DNA of 39,527 nucleotides from Bacteroidales bacterium (GTDB lineage: Bacteria > Bacteroidota > Bacteroidia > Bacteroidales > UBA6680): positions 1 to 39,527 of the forward strand of contig JAFGOQ010000094.1 in NCBI GenBank assembly GCA_016926405.1, in the 5' to 3' direction. The notes beneath the pieces were generated by a model. The model saw only the letters and a program-made list of their open reading frames with translations. It made no database searches and was not told the DNA's origin. Shown here piece after piece: positions 18,546 through 27,585 of the stretch. A program made the position numbers and the translations under genes. The stretch's first letter is position 1; each line of letters begins with the position of its first letter.

Positions 18546-18546
18546 A

Positions 18547-18582
18547 AAAAAGCTCGAAACTATTAGTGGTTTCGAGCTTTTT
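18547..18582. terminator. Bidirectional terminator
   Basis: AAAAAGCTCGAAAC/GTTTCGAGCTTTTT between convergent genes. Confidence 0.85.
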
Positions 18583-18596
18583 GTGTGTGCCTATTT

Positions 18597-19484
18597 TTAA
18601 TTAGGCATCTCTAATTCAAATATCAGAGTTTCGTATCCTTTAATAGGACTTTTGCCTTTTGTTCCGTAACCCATTTTAAACGGAATTATTACGGTTGCTT
18701 TACTACCTGGTTTTAGTTCTTTAACGGCTGCTTCAAATCCTGGTATAACCTGATTTTGGCCAAGCGTTAATTCAAAAGTTGATTTTGCATTAAAAACTTT
18801 TCCGTCTAGGTATTTTCCTAGACATGTTAATGAAATGATTGCACCGTTTTTATATTTTTCGCCTTCACCATCTTTTGTGATAGCTAAGTAAACACCCGAT
18901 TGAGTAAGATTGAATTCAAGTGGGCTCTCTTCAATATGTTTAAGAATAATATTGCTTTCGTAATCATCAATGTTATCGATAACCTTTATCAATTCTATTT
19001 CTACAATTAATGTCGAGTAAGCTGGTAAGTATCCTATTTCTTTATCTCCGTATGCTAGATTAGATGGTAAGATATATTTAGCTTTACCTCCCTCTTTCAT
19101 TTTGTTTAAGGCTAACTTAATTCCTTTAATCATTTCATTAGCTTTCCATATTGTAGGGGTGTAGTGAATTTGCTCGCTATAAAGTCTATTATCTCTAGCT
19201 GTTGTTTCGTTATTTGTGTCGAAAACATTTTTGCTTAATGGTCCCGATATTCTAGATACTGTATAATTAACCAATACGTAACTTTCAGGAAGAGGTGATA
19301 TACCAGTACCCTCGGTCGCTTCAATAGTATAAATTCCATCGTTATCGGCTGTTGCTTTTGGGTAGTTAATTTGTAGGTATTCGTCTAGAGTTTTTTGTTC
19401 AAGAGCTGCATAATCTACTTCGTCTTTTTTACAGCTCGAAAAAATTGCTGCAATTGCAAATCCAATAATTAGTGCTTTTTTCAT
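18597..19484 (-). CDS. Two-domain FKBP PPIase lipoprotein (start reassigned to ATG 19484)
   Basis: Lipobox FSSC; ILPSNLAYG...PAYSTL and VIPGF...IIPFKMGYG motifs. Confidence 0.88.
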   Translation of the reverse strand: MKKALIIGFAIAAIFSSCKKDEVDYAALEQKTLDEYLQINYPKATADNDGIYTIEATEGTGISPLPESYVLVNYTVSRISGPLSKNVFDTNNETTARDNRLYSEQIHYTPTIWKANEMIKGIKLALNKMKEGGKAKYILPSNLAYGDKEIGYLPAYSTLIVEIELIKVIDNIDDYESNIILKHIEESPLEFNLTQSGVYLAITKDGEGEKYKNGAIISLTCLGKYLDGKVFNAKSTFELTLGQNQVIPGFEAAVKELKPGSKATVIIPFKMGYGTKGKSPIKGYETLIFELEMPN

Positions 19485-19539
19485 AATAGTAACATTTTTT
19501 TGAATGATTTTAGAAATATGCAATTTTAATGCCAAATAA

Positions 19540-20043
19540 TTAGTGTATTCCTATTTTATAGAAAAGTGTCGAGTAGGGTGGTACATGTCCGTTTTGAACA
19601 GATCCGTATCCTAAATCAAAAGGTATTACAACGTGTAAGCTATCACCTTTTGAAGCCGATTTAATGGCATATTCTAATCCTTGTACAAGAGTGAAATCTT
19701 TTAATTTAATCTCTTTAATAACTAGATCCGTTTTAGGAATGTCTATACCATTTGATTCAGCTAACGAAGCAATATTTGTTGTAAAAAGGTATCCCGATAA
19801 TATTTCACCCGAAAACCATATTTTAATAGTGTCGGTAGATGTTATTAATGGTTTTGCAATTTCCTCGGCCTGGTCTGCCTCTTTTATTACTTTGTAGTAC
19901 ACTCCCGATTCGTGTCTTGTATATTCTTTGTCTTTAACAAAGGCTTCAATACTTGAGGTTTCTTTATCGCGATTGTTTTTTGTGTTCTCGCTGCACGAAA
20001 CAAGGAGTAGTGTTGATAGAATTATTATTGCAATTTTTCTCAT
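19540..20043 (-). CDS. FKBP-type PPIase lipoprotein
   Basis: Lipobox LVSC; VIPFDLGYG...VPPYSTLFY. Confidence 0.8.
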   Translation of the reverse strand: MRKIAIIILSTLLLVSCSENTKNNRDKETSSIEAFVKDKEYTRHESGVYYKVIKEADQAEEIAKPLITSTDTIKIWFSGEILSGYLFTTNIASLAESNGIDIPKTDLVIKEIKLKDFTLVQGLEYAIKSASKGDSLHVVIPFDLGYGSVQNGHVPPYSTLFYKIGIH

Positions 20044-20921
20044 TAATTAATTTTTTTTATTTCAATTTCATACACCACTGATGTGTATGGAGGAATAATA
20101 CCTGTAGCCGATCCTAATTCACCGAAAGCTAACCACGATGGAATGATAACCAAAGCTTTTTCGTTTTCGCTCATTAGTTTAACAGCTTCTTCAAGTCCTT
20201 TTATAATCTGCATTTGAGAGCCGTAATTATACGAAAAAAGTTGTTTTCTTTCTTTGGTTGAATCAAAAACTTTTCCGTTAAGTGTTTTTCCCTCAAATTG
20301 AAGTTGAACAGTTTCTCCCATTTTAGGTTTTCTTCCGTTTCCGTTTTGTTTTGAGAAGAAGAAAATACCTGATTTTGTTTGTCTAATTTTTAAATTATTG
20401 TTCTTTATGTAATCTAGTATTTGATATTTTTCATATTCTTTGGGATTGTCAACCCATTCGTAAAAAGTTGACATGTATGAGTTGTATTCCTCTTTACTCA
20501 TCGACGAAAGAATATTGAAATTTACTTTAATGAAGTCTTTATTGTTAAAGTCTTCAGGTTTTGGTTGCTTAAGGTAATTTTCGAAAAAATCTTTGGCGTT
20601 AATTAAAACAGAAACGCTGTCGCCTACATTTAATTTTTTTAGAATAAAGCTAATGTGTAAATTTTCTTCCGATTCTTGTATCTCAATATCAGAGGTGTTT
20701 TCGAAGAAAGGAGAGTCGTTATTATCTATGTATTTAATATTAACTCTAGCATAATCACCTACTAATATAGGTGTGCCAGAATCGTTTTTTTTAAGGTGTT
20801 TTAAATATGCATTATTTTCAATTTTGGTGTAACCTTTGGTTAATTGATTCTCTTTTGTTACGAAGTAGATTAATGCAGCTAAAACAACTACAGAAGTAAT
20901 AATAAATATTTTTTTTTGCAT
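20043..20921 (-). CDS. FKBP-type PPIase with N-terminal anchor
   Basis: GKVFDST, IIKGLEEAV, IIPSWLAFG, IPPYTSVVYEI. Confidence 0.88.
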   Translation of the reverse strand: MQKKIFIITSVVVLAALIYFVTKENQLTKGYTKIENNAYLKHLKKNDSGTPILVGDYARVNIKYIDNNDSPFFENTSDIEIQESEENLHISFILKKLNVGDSVSVLINAKDFFENYLKQPKPEDFNNKDFIKVNFNILSSMSKEEYNSYMSTFYEWVDNPKEYEKYQILDYIKNNNLKIRQTKSGIFFFSKQNGNGRKPKMGETVQLQFEGKTLNGKVFDSTKERKQLFSYNYGSQMQIIKGLEEAVKLMSENEKALVIIPSWLAFGELGSATGIIPPYTSVVYEIEIKKIN

Positions 20922-20994
20922 AGTGTGGGTTTTTGTTTTGTATAGAGTTTAATGAATAATTGGGTGAATATAATAACGATTAATAAAATAGATG

Positions 20995-21519
20995 CTATTC
21001 AACAGTTAATATTTTTATTCGATAATATAAAATTGCTCTTGGAGGTATTGTTTTCTGATCGCCAAGGAGTCCGTATCCAAGATGTGAAGGGATTATTATT
21101 TTGGCCTCCTCTTCTAATCTAAGTTGTTGAAATGCGTAATCGAGTCCTCTTATAATTTTCCCACTGCCAATAATTACAGTTTCGGGTTTGTTTTCATCTG
21201 ATGAGGATAGCTTTGTTCCGTCTAATAGTTCAAGAGAATATGAATAAGTTACTTTGTTGCCTTTGTTTATGATTTTGTTATTTGTTGAGGATGTTTTCTC
21301 AATCCAAATGCCAATGTCACATTTTGTCATGTTCCAATGTCTACGATTGATGAAGCTTTCAATAAGTTCGGTCTCTTTCTCTGCTAGAATTTTATTTGCT
21401 TCAACCCAATCTTGTTTAGTTGCTTTTTTGTATTTGGGTATAGTTTTATCGCTACTTTGTGTGCACGAAAGAAGCGATAAAACAGTCCAAACACATATCG
21501 ATTTAATAAATAATCTCAT
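20995..21519 (-). CDS. FKBP-type PPIase lipoprotein, GldI-like
   Basis: Lipobox LLSC; IIPSHLGYGLLGD..IPP; follows a DHH gene, as gldI does in Flavobacterium. Confidence 0.8.
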   Translation of the reverse strand: MRLFIKSICVWTVLSLLSCTQSSDKTIPKYKKATKQDWVEANKILAEKETELIESFINRRHWNMTKCDIGIWIEKTSSTNNKIINKGNKVTYSYSLELLDGTKLSSSDENKPETVIIGSGKIIRGLDYAFQQLRLEEEAKIIIPSHLGYGLLGDQKTIPPRAILYYRIKILTVE

Positions 21520-22525
21520 CCTTATGAATGTTTACTTTTTCGATAAAACTCTTAATTGTTTCTGAAAGAGATAGAGAAGATCGACCTCCAGCCGCATTTT
21601 TGTGTCCTCCACCATTAAAGTATTTAGAGCTAAAGTTATTTGTAGCAAACTGACCTCTCGATCGGAAAGATATTTTTACATGATCGTCGAACTCTATAAA
21701 TATTGCAGAGAAGTATATTCCTTCAATTGAGAGAGGTATATTAACAAACCCTTCCGAATCACCTTTAACGTAATTAAAGCGCTCTCGTGTTTCTTTAGTA
21801 ATAGTTATGTAAGCAGTATTGCACTCTTCAATTATAGATAGTCCGTCGTTAATGCAGAACCCCATAAGTGATAGGCGATCTTTCTTGTAACTTTCGAAAA
21901 TTTGAGCAGTTATTTCATCTTTATTGATGCCCGATCGAAGTAGGTTTGCTACTGTTTCAAAAGTGCGAGGATTGCTGCAGTTATGTCTGAAGTTTCCTGT
22001 GTCGGTCATTAGCCCTAAATAAAGAGATGTGGCTGTGTTTTTTGAAACAATAGGATTGTTCGAAAGAGCTGCACATATTTCGTAAACTAATTCACAAGTA
22101 GAGCTTACAGAGATGTCTGAAATTGTTACTGTAGCATCAATTTTTGGTTCTGGGTGGTGGTCTATTACAATAATATTTCCTTCGAAATTATTTAATGAAT
22201 CGGCCATATCTTCGGTTCGCGAAAAATCGTTATAGTCTAGTACTATAAGTAAATCAGATGATTTTATGATGTTTTCGCAGCGAGTCTTATTATTACAAAA
22301 GATAGAAACCTCACTATCGCCAGGTAAAAAGTGAAGGTCTTTAGGATAACTATTAGGAACAATTACATTAACCAGTTTTCCTTGTTCTAAAAGATAATTG
22401 TATAATCCTAAAGATGATCCAAGAGCATCGCCATCGGGATTGCGATGAGTTGTAATTGCAATGTTTTCTGATGAATTAAGAATCTCCTTGAGAGCCTCAA
22501 TATTGTTATTTACTGTTTTATTCAA
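21503..22525 (-). CDS. DHH/DHHA1 phosphoesterase (NrnA-like)
   Basis: HRNPDGDALGS, IDHH, TDTGNF, SFRS, GGGHKNAAG. Confidence 0.93.
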   Translation of the reverse strand: MNKTVNNNIEALKEILNSSENIAITTHRNPDGDALGSSLGLYNYLLEQGKLVNVIVPNSYPKDLHFLPGDSEVSIFCNNKTRCENIIKSSDLLIVLDYNDFSRTEDMADSLNNFEGNIIVIDHHPEPKIDATVTISDISVSSTCELVYEICAALSNNPIVSKNTATSLYLGLMTDTGNFRHNCSNPRTFETVANLLRSGINKDEITAQIFESYKKDRLSLMGFCINDGLSIIEECNTAYITITKETRERFNYVKGDSEGFVNIPLSIEGIYFSAIFIEFDDHVKISFRSRGQFATNNFSSKYFNGGGHKNAAGGRSSLSLSETIKSFIEKVNIHKDEIIY

Positions 22526-22608
22526 ATTATTTTATTTTAATCACAAATATAAAAATCAAAAATCATTATCTTTTGCTATTAATAATAAAGATTAAAACAT
22601 TGATATAT

Positions 22609-23010
22609 ATGATTAGTCAGACACTTGCTATTATTAAGCCCGACGCAGTTGAGAATAAGTTTATTGGTAAAATAATTACTTTAATCGAGTTTCATGGATT
22701 TGCAATTTCAAAAATGCGAATGTTGCGATTGAAAAAAGAAGAGGCTCAGAAATTCTATTCTATTCACAGAGGTAAGCCGTTTTTTGATCCATTGGTTGAT
22801 TTTATGATCTCGGGTGATATTGTAGCTATTTGTTTAGAGTCGGAAAATGCTGTTGATAAGTGGCGCGAGGTAATTGGTGCCACCGATCCAGAAATGGCTA
22901 AAGAGGGGACAATTAGAAAAATATTTGCTTCCAGTAAACAGTGTAATGCTGTGCATGGTTCCGATAGTAATGAAAATGCTAAAATAGAATTAGACTTTTT
23001 CTTTAATTAA
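22609..23010 (+). CDS. ndk: Nucleoside diphosphate kinase (start reassigned to ATG 22609)
   Basis: TLAIIKPDAV, HRGKPFF, GATDP, NAVHGSDS. Confidence 0.96.
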   Translation: MISQTLAIIKPDAVENKFIGKIITLIEFHGFAISKMRMLRLKKEEAQKFYSIHRGKPFFDPLVDFMISGDIVAICLESENAVDKWREVIGATDPEMAKEGTIRKIFASSKQCNAVHGSDSNENAKIELDFFFN

Positions 23011-23049
23011 ATTCTACTTTTGTGTCACTTAATAGAATTACTTTTTTTT

Positions 23050-23808
23050 ATGACTAGATATTTTATTCAATTATCATATAACGGAACTAGATTTCATGGT
23101 TGGCAGGTGCAACCAAATGCTAAAACGGTACAAGAGGAAATAACAAAAGCTTTATCAACTATTTTGCGTGAAGATATTTCTATTTTGGGTTGTGGACGTA
23201 CCGATACAGGTGTACATGCTTCGTATTTTATTGCCCATTTCGATTCGGAAAATAGCTCTTTGGGGTTGAATAATAATTTTGTTTATAAGCTAAATAGATT
23301 TCTGCCAAAGGATATTGCTATTCAGAAAATTATGGAGGTGAATCCAGAGGCTCATGCTCGTTTCGATGCTGTTTCTAGAACATATAAATATTTTGTTTCG
23401 TTACAAAAAGATCCTTTTACACAGGAGGTTTTTACTCCTGAAACTAGGGATTTAGATGTGCGAAAGATGAATCAGGCAGCCGAAATACTTTTTAATTATA
23501 TCGATTTTACAAGCTTTAGTAAGCTGCATACTGACGTAAAAACCAATAATTGTAAAATAATGGAGGCGCGATGGATTCAAAGTAAATCGAAGTTGATATT
23601 TACAATTAAGGCCGATCGTTTTTTGCGTAATATGGTTCGTGCAATTGTTGGAACTATGTTTGAAGTAGGGCTTGGTAAAATGTCGTTAGATGAATTTGCT
23701 AAGGTTATTGAGGATAAAGATCGAGCAAAAGCGGGTGTTTCAGCCCCTCCACAAGGATTGTTTTTGTACGATATTGAATATCCACCCTCTGTTTATTCGA
23801 AAAGATAA
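23050..23808 (+). CDS. truA: tRNA pseudouridine(38-40) synthase (start reassigned to ATG 23050)
   Basis: YNGTRFHGWQ.QP, GCGRTDTGVHA, FLRNMVR. Confidence 0.96.
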   Translation: MTRYFIQLSYNGTRFHGWQVQPNAKTVQEEITKALSTILREDISILGCGRTDTGVHASYFIAHFDSENSSLGLNNNFVYKLNRFLPKDIAIQKIMEVNPEAHARFDAVSRTYKYFVSLQKDPFTQEVFTPETRDLDVRKMNQAAEILFNYIDFTSFSKLHTDVKTNNCKIMEARWIQSKSKLIFTIKADRFLRNMVRAIVGTMFEVGLGKMSLDEFAKVIEDKDRAKAGVSAPPQGLFLYDIEYPPSVYSKR

Positions 23809-23838
23809 TTATTTGCATAATTCTTTTAAAGTATATTG

Positions 23839-23874
23839 AATAGCCTGACTTGTAGAAGTTAGGCTATTTTTTTT
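23839..23874 (+). terminator. truA terminator
   Basis: AATAGCCTGACT/AGTTAGGCTATT stem followed by a T-run. Confidence 0.8.
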
Positions 23875-23918
23875 GTAGAAAATTTTAATAAAAAGTTGTA
23901 TTGTCAAAACAGAAGTAA

Positions 23919-23945
23919 TATGTTTGTGATATCAAAATGATATCA
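23919..23945 (+). promoter_or_regulatory. -7 box followed by tandem palindromic operator
   Basis: TATGTTTG (23919-26) then TGATATCA-AAA-TGATATCA (23927-45). Confidence 0.7.
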
Positions 23946-23961
23946 AACTAAATTTAATATT

Positions 23962-24810
23962 ATGAAAAAAGAAAAAGAAATTGTTGGATCAAATGGCTAT
24001 TTAGCTCTTTTTTTTATTTTGCTTGTGTTAGCAGTTGTGGTGTATTTTGGCTTTTTTATTAAGCCTCTGTTTTTTGTTGCTCCTATAGTTCTGTTATCGC
24101 TTGTAGGTTTAATGACAATTAATCCAAATGAGTCGGTTGTTCTTGTTCTGTTTGGAAAGTACTGCGGAACAATTAAGGCTAATGGTTTTTTCTGGGTTAA
24201 CCCTTTTTATTCTAGAAAAAGAATATCTCTAAGAGCACGCAATTTCGATAGCGAGCCAATTAAGGTTAACGACAAGATTGGTAATCCAATTATGATTGGA
24301 ATTGTACTTGTATGGAAAGTACAGGAGACTTTTAAAGCTGCTTTTGAAGTTGATGAGTACGAGCATTTTGTTCGTGTACAGAGCGAGGCTGCTTTGCGTA
24401 AACTAGCTGGTCATTATCCTTATGATAATTGGGAGGATGAAGAGGCTCATATTACATTACGTGCTGGTGGCGAAGTGATTAATACAAAGCTTGAAGAAGA
24501 GTTGAAAGAGCGTTTAGATATTGCTGGTATTCATGTTATTGAAGCTCGTATAAATTATATTGCTTATGCTTCGGAAATTGCAAGTGCAATGCTTAAGCGT
24601 CAGCAGGCTACAGCTATTGTTGCTGCTCGCGAAAAAATTGTTGAAGGTGCTGTAGGTATGGTTCAGATGGCTTTGAATAAACTTAAAGAGCGTGAAATTA
24701 TTGATATGGACGAGGAGAAAAAAGCTGCCATGATTAGTAATTTAATGGTTGTTCTTTGTAGCGAAGAATCAGCTAAGCCTATTGTTAATGCAGGAACCCT
24801 TCATCACTAA
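23962..24810 (+). CDS. SPFH/band 7 domain protein
   Basis: N-terminal TM helices; KVNDKIGNPI, QSEAALR, YASEIASAMLKRQQA..IVAAR.KIVEGAVGMV. Confidence 0.93.
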   Translation: MKKEKEIVGSNGYLALFFILLVLAVVVYFGFFIKPLFFVAPIVLLSLVGLMTINPNESVVLVLFGKYCGTIKANGFFWVNPFYSRKRISLRARNFDSEPIKVNDKIGNPIMIGIVLVWKVQETFKAAFEVDEYEHFVRVQSEAALRKLAGHYPYDNWEDEEAHITLRAGGEVINTKLEEELKERLDIAGIHVIEARINYIAYASEIASAMLKRQQATAIVAAREKIVEGAVGMVQMALNKLKEREIIDMDEEKKAAMISNLMVVLCSEESAKPIVNAGTLHH

Positions 24811-24816
24811 AATATA

Positions 24817-25413
24817 ATGGAAAACGAACCGACATATTTTGAACTTTTAACACAGTATTGTAAAGATAGAGGTTACAATTATTTTTCTACTGCCGAGCGT
24901 AATCGATTTGTGACAACACCTGGCGATCCTATGAAAAATAAAAAAGTAATTTATTTTGAAATAAGAGGCGTTTATTTTGTTGCTTTCGATACTTTTTCGG
25001 CAAATATGGGGTCTACTAATATGTATTGTGGATTATTTACTGATATTAGAACCTCCGATAATAATTTATTTTCGGCTATTAAAAGAGGCTTTCTGACTAA
25101 TTTTCTAACATACAGAAATATAAAAACAGGAAATAGTTATGTAGACAAAAAGCTTACAGTTTCGGTGGAGAAACGAAACGGAAAGCCTTCTGTTTTGACC
25201 GAGTCGGATGTAGATAGGTTTTTGGCTATTTGCAATAAATTTGAAGGCCTTAGGTTTGGTATTTCTGACGAAAGAGTTAACGAGGTGCATAATCTTTCGA
25301 AAAAGAGAATTCTAGGTTTAGAATTTAATTATTGGGAGGTTGATAATGAAAAACTTGACTTTTTTATCGATAAAGGGGTAGAGTTATTAGAGCGTATAAA
25401 AACCCGATTGTAA
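24817..25413 (+). CDS. Hypothetical protein (paralog family member 1)
   Basis: 198-aa ORF in operon context; IKTGNSYVDKK motif. Confidence 0.65.
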   Translation: MENEPTYFELLTQYCKDRGYNYFSTAERNRFVTTPGDPMKNKKVIYFEIRGVYFVAFDTFSANMGSTNMYCGLFTDIRTSDNNLFSAIKRGFLTNFLTYRNIKTGNSYVDKKLTVSVEKRNGKPSVLTESDVDRFLAICNKFEGLRFGISDERVNEVHNLSKKRILGLEFNYWEVDNEKLDFFIDKGVELLERIKTRL

Positions 25414-25430
25414 AAAGAGGAGGTGTTTTA

Positions 25431-25604
25431 ATGTCCAAGAAAAAACAATTTGTTCTTAGAATTGATCCCGATAAATACGAAGATCTGGAGAAATGGGCTG
25501 CCGATGAGTTTCGTAGTATTAACGGACAGTTGGAGTGGATTATCGACAGAGCTTTGAAGCAAGCAGGACGATCGAAGAATAAGAAAACTGAGGATGATAG
25601 TTAA
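25431..25604 (+). CDS. Arc/ribbon-helix-helix DNA-binding protein (57 aa, not in ORF track)
   Basis: Hand translation MSKKKQFVLRIDPDKYEDLEKWAADEFRSINGQLEWIIDRALKQAGRSKNKKTEDDS; F.LRI beta strand and RS.N motif; AGGAGG upstream. Confidence 0.9.
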   Translation: MSKKKQFVLRIDPDKYEDLEKWAADEFRSINGQLEWIIDRALKQAGRSKNKKTEDDS

Positions 25605-25655
25605 TTTTTTTTTAGTTAATAAATAGCCCAATTTTTAGTGTAGTTGGGCGGATTT

Positions 25656-25681
25656 TAGAGCCGCATTTGCGGCTCTATTTT
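25656..25681 (+). terminator. GC-rich hairpin, probable terminator
   Basis: TAGAGCCGC-ATTT-GCGGCTCTA followed by TTTT. Confidence 0.55.
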
Positions 25682-25701
25682 AACCCGTAAACAAACAAAC
25701 A

Positions 25702-26199
25702 ATGTATAATGAATTGCATGAGTCGTTGGGTAGTGAGCCAACAAAAAATCTTTTTTACTATTTTAAAAACGATGGTTTAATATCTTTCGAAAAGAAACTA
25801 GTTGCAGGCATAATTCTTCATAAAAGAAGATATGATAGTGATGTTCTGCGGAGCGAAAAAGAGAAAATTATTAAGCAAATTCAGGAAAGAATTAAGGAGA
25901 GTGTCCCATCGTCGGAACGCGAAGATAAACACAAGCGAGAAGAGAAAAAGGAGATAATATTTGCGGCTATAGGCTCGCTTGCTATTCCTTTTTTTTATGT
26001 TTTAGTGGATGTGTTTAATAGTCGTCCAATTAATTTTACCGATAGTCAACTCATAGGGTGCTTTGTTGTAATGCTTCTATTTGTTGTTAAAGTTATGTTC
26101 TATCGTGTGAAATTAAATATGCGAAGTAGAGAAGATGCAGAGTCGTTGCGAATAAATAAAGAGAAGTTGGCTTTGATAGAGAAGGAGTGGAGGTTTTAA
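25702..26199 (+). CDS. Hypothetical membrane protein (2 TM)
   Basis: 165-aa ORF with two hydrophobic helices and charged helical flanks. Confidence 0.65.
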   Translation: MYNELHESLGSEPTKNLFYYFKNDGLISFEKKLVAGIILHKRRYDSDVLRSEKEKIIKQIQERIKESVPSSEREDKHKREEKKEIIFAAIGSLAIPFFYVLVDVFNSRPINFTDSQLIGCFVVMLLFVVKVMFYRVKLNMRSREDAESLRINKEKLALIEKEWRF

Positions 26200-26213
26200 A
26201 ATACATTTCAATT

Positions 26214-26813
26214 ATGGAAAATAAAAATAATGACAGTTTATTAAAACAAACTTTTGTAACTCAAACTCATGGATACAACGATGTATCTAAAAAAAGAGAA
26301 ATGTGGCGACAAATAGCCGTAGAGCAGAATGGTGAATTTAGTATTAGTCGCACTTCAGGAAATGTACTTGAAATACTTAAGCTTTATATTCTTTATAAGG
26401 GTTGCGAAATAAAAATAACCGAATCGGATACCCGTCCATTGAAGGTTGAAATAGAATTTGATAGCTTATCAGACTATAATATGACAATTGGTTGGGAAGG
26501 TTCTCTTGACAGGTTGCTAAAGCGATTAGGCTTAAAAGAGATTGAAACGGGAAACGAAAAATTCGATAAAAACTACCTTATTAAGAGTAAAGATTCTGGT
26601 AAAACAATTAATTTCTTTACTCACCAAATTATGGCAAGTCTGCTAAAGCACAATGTTTACTCTGTTTCGTATCAAACAAATAGTAAAAACCGAAAGGGTA
26701 ATTTATTATCTACTATAACCAGAACAAATAACGATAAAAACGCAATTATAGAATTAATAGAGTTGCATAAAAATATGATTGATAGGCTAAAGGTTTTGCG
26801 AATTGTAGAGTGA
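26214..26813 (+). CDS. Hypothetical protein (paralog family member 2; start reassigned to ATG 26214)
   Basis: IETGNEKFDKNYLI motif. Confidence 0.65.
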   Translation: MENKNNDSLLKQTFVTQTHGYNDVSKKREMWRQIAVEQNGEFSISRTSGNVLEILKLYILYKGCEIKITESDTRPLKVEIEFDSLSDYNMTIGWEGSLDRLLKRLGLKEIETGNEKFDKNYLIKSKDSGKTINFFTHQIMASLLKHNVYSVSYQTNSKNRKGNLLSTITRTNNDKNAIIELIELHKNMIDRLKVLRIVE

Positions 26814-26839
26814 ACGATTTAGTTGTTAAAAAACTAATT

Positions 26840-27451
26840 ATGGAAAAAGCAAACATCGAAATTTTACAAGAGTTTGCCGAAAGAAGTAACCGAAAACTCT
26901 ACTTCCAAGAGGGGTAATATCCGCTTTTAACATACAGGCAAATACCTAGGTTTAAAAGAACCGCTTATATCCCAAATAATACCAACGAAACTTGTTATTT
27001 TGTGTTGTCGGGCGATCCATATAATTCGGTAGATAAATTAAATACATTCTGTGGGGTGTACTTTCCTTTGGAGATTCCTTTGTCGACAAAAATAAACTTA
27101 CGAGAGAAGAATATACTTGATAAAATTAACCCTTTTTCATCGTCAAAAGTTTTAAAAACAGGATATGCAAATTTCGACTCGCGAGTAGTTACTACAGGTA
27201 ACAGCATTCATTTAGTTAAAAAGTATTTGCAAGATATTAGATTTAACGATGTTGTTGTAGATACTCTTAGTAAGAGTCCAGAATTAAATTTTTCGATAAA
27301 CGAATCTAATGTCGACTTTGTTCCGGCTCTTAAAGGTAAATCGCATTTTGCTATTATTAATCCACAAAAGTGGGTGCTCGATAGTTCTGTAATAGAGCAG
27401 TGGTTTAAAATAATAGATATCATTAGACAATCGATAATTAAAATTGAGTAG
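26840..27451 (+). pseudogene. Hypothetical protein (paralog family member 3) with internal TAA
   Basis: ATG 26840 is in frame with ORF 27002-27451; single TAA at 26915-26917. Confidence 0.7.
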
Positions 27452-27530
27452 AGAGAGATTCTGTTGAAGCCGCAAAGTATAGCATTGTTTGGTGACCTTG
27501 AATAACCAAGTATCCACTGTATATAAAAAT

Positions 27531-27566
27531 AAAACGAGCCGATTAAATTAATAATCGGCTCGTTTT
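27531..27566. terminator. Terminator downstream of pheT (bidirectional)
   Basis: AAAACGAGCCGATTA/TAATCGGCTCGTTTT perfect inverted repeat. Confidence 0.85.
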
Positions 27567-27585
27567 TATATTATAGGTGTTATTT

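Noticed and set aside
25428-25631. Minus-strand 67-aa ORF
   Set aside because: Antisense shadow of the plus-strand Arc/RHH gene.
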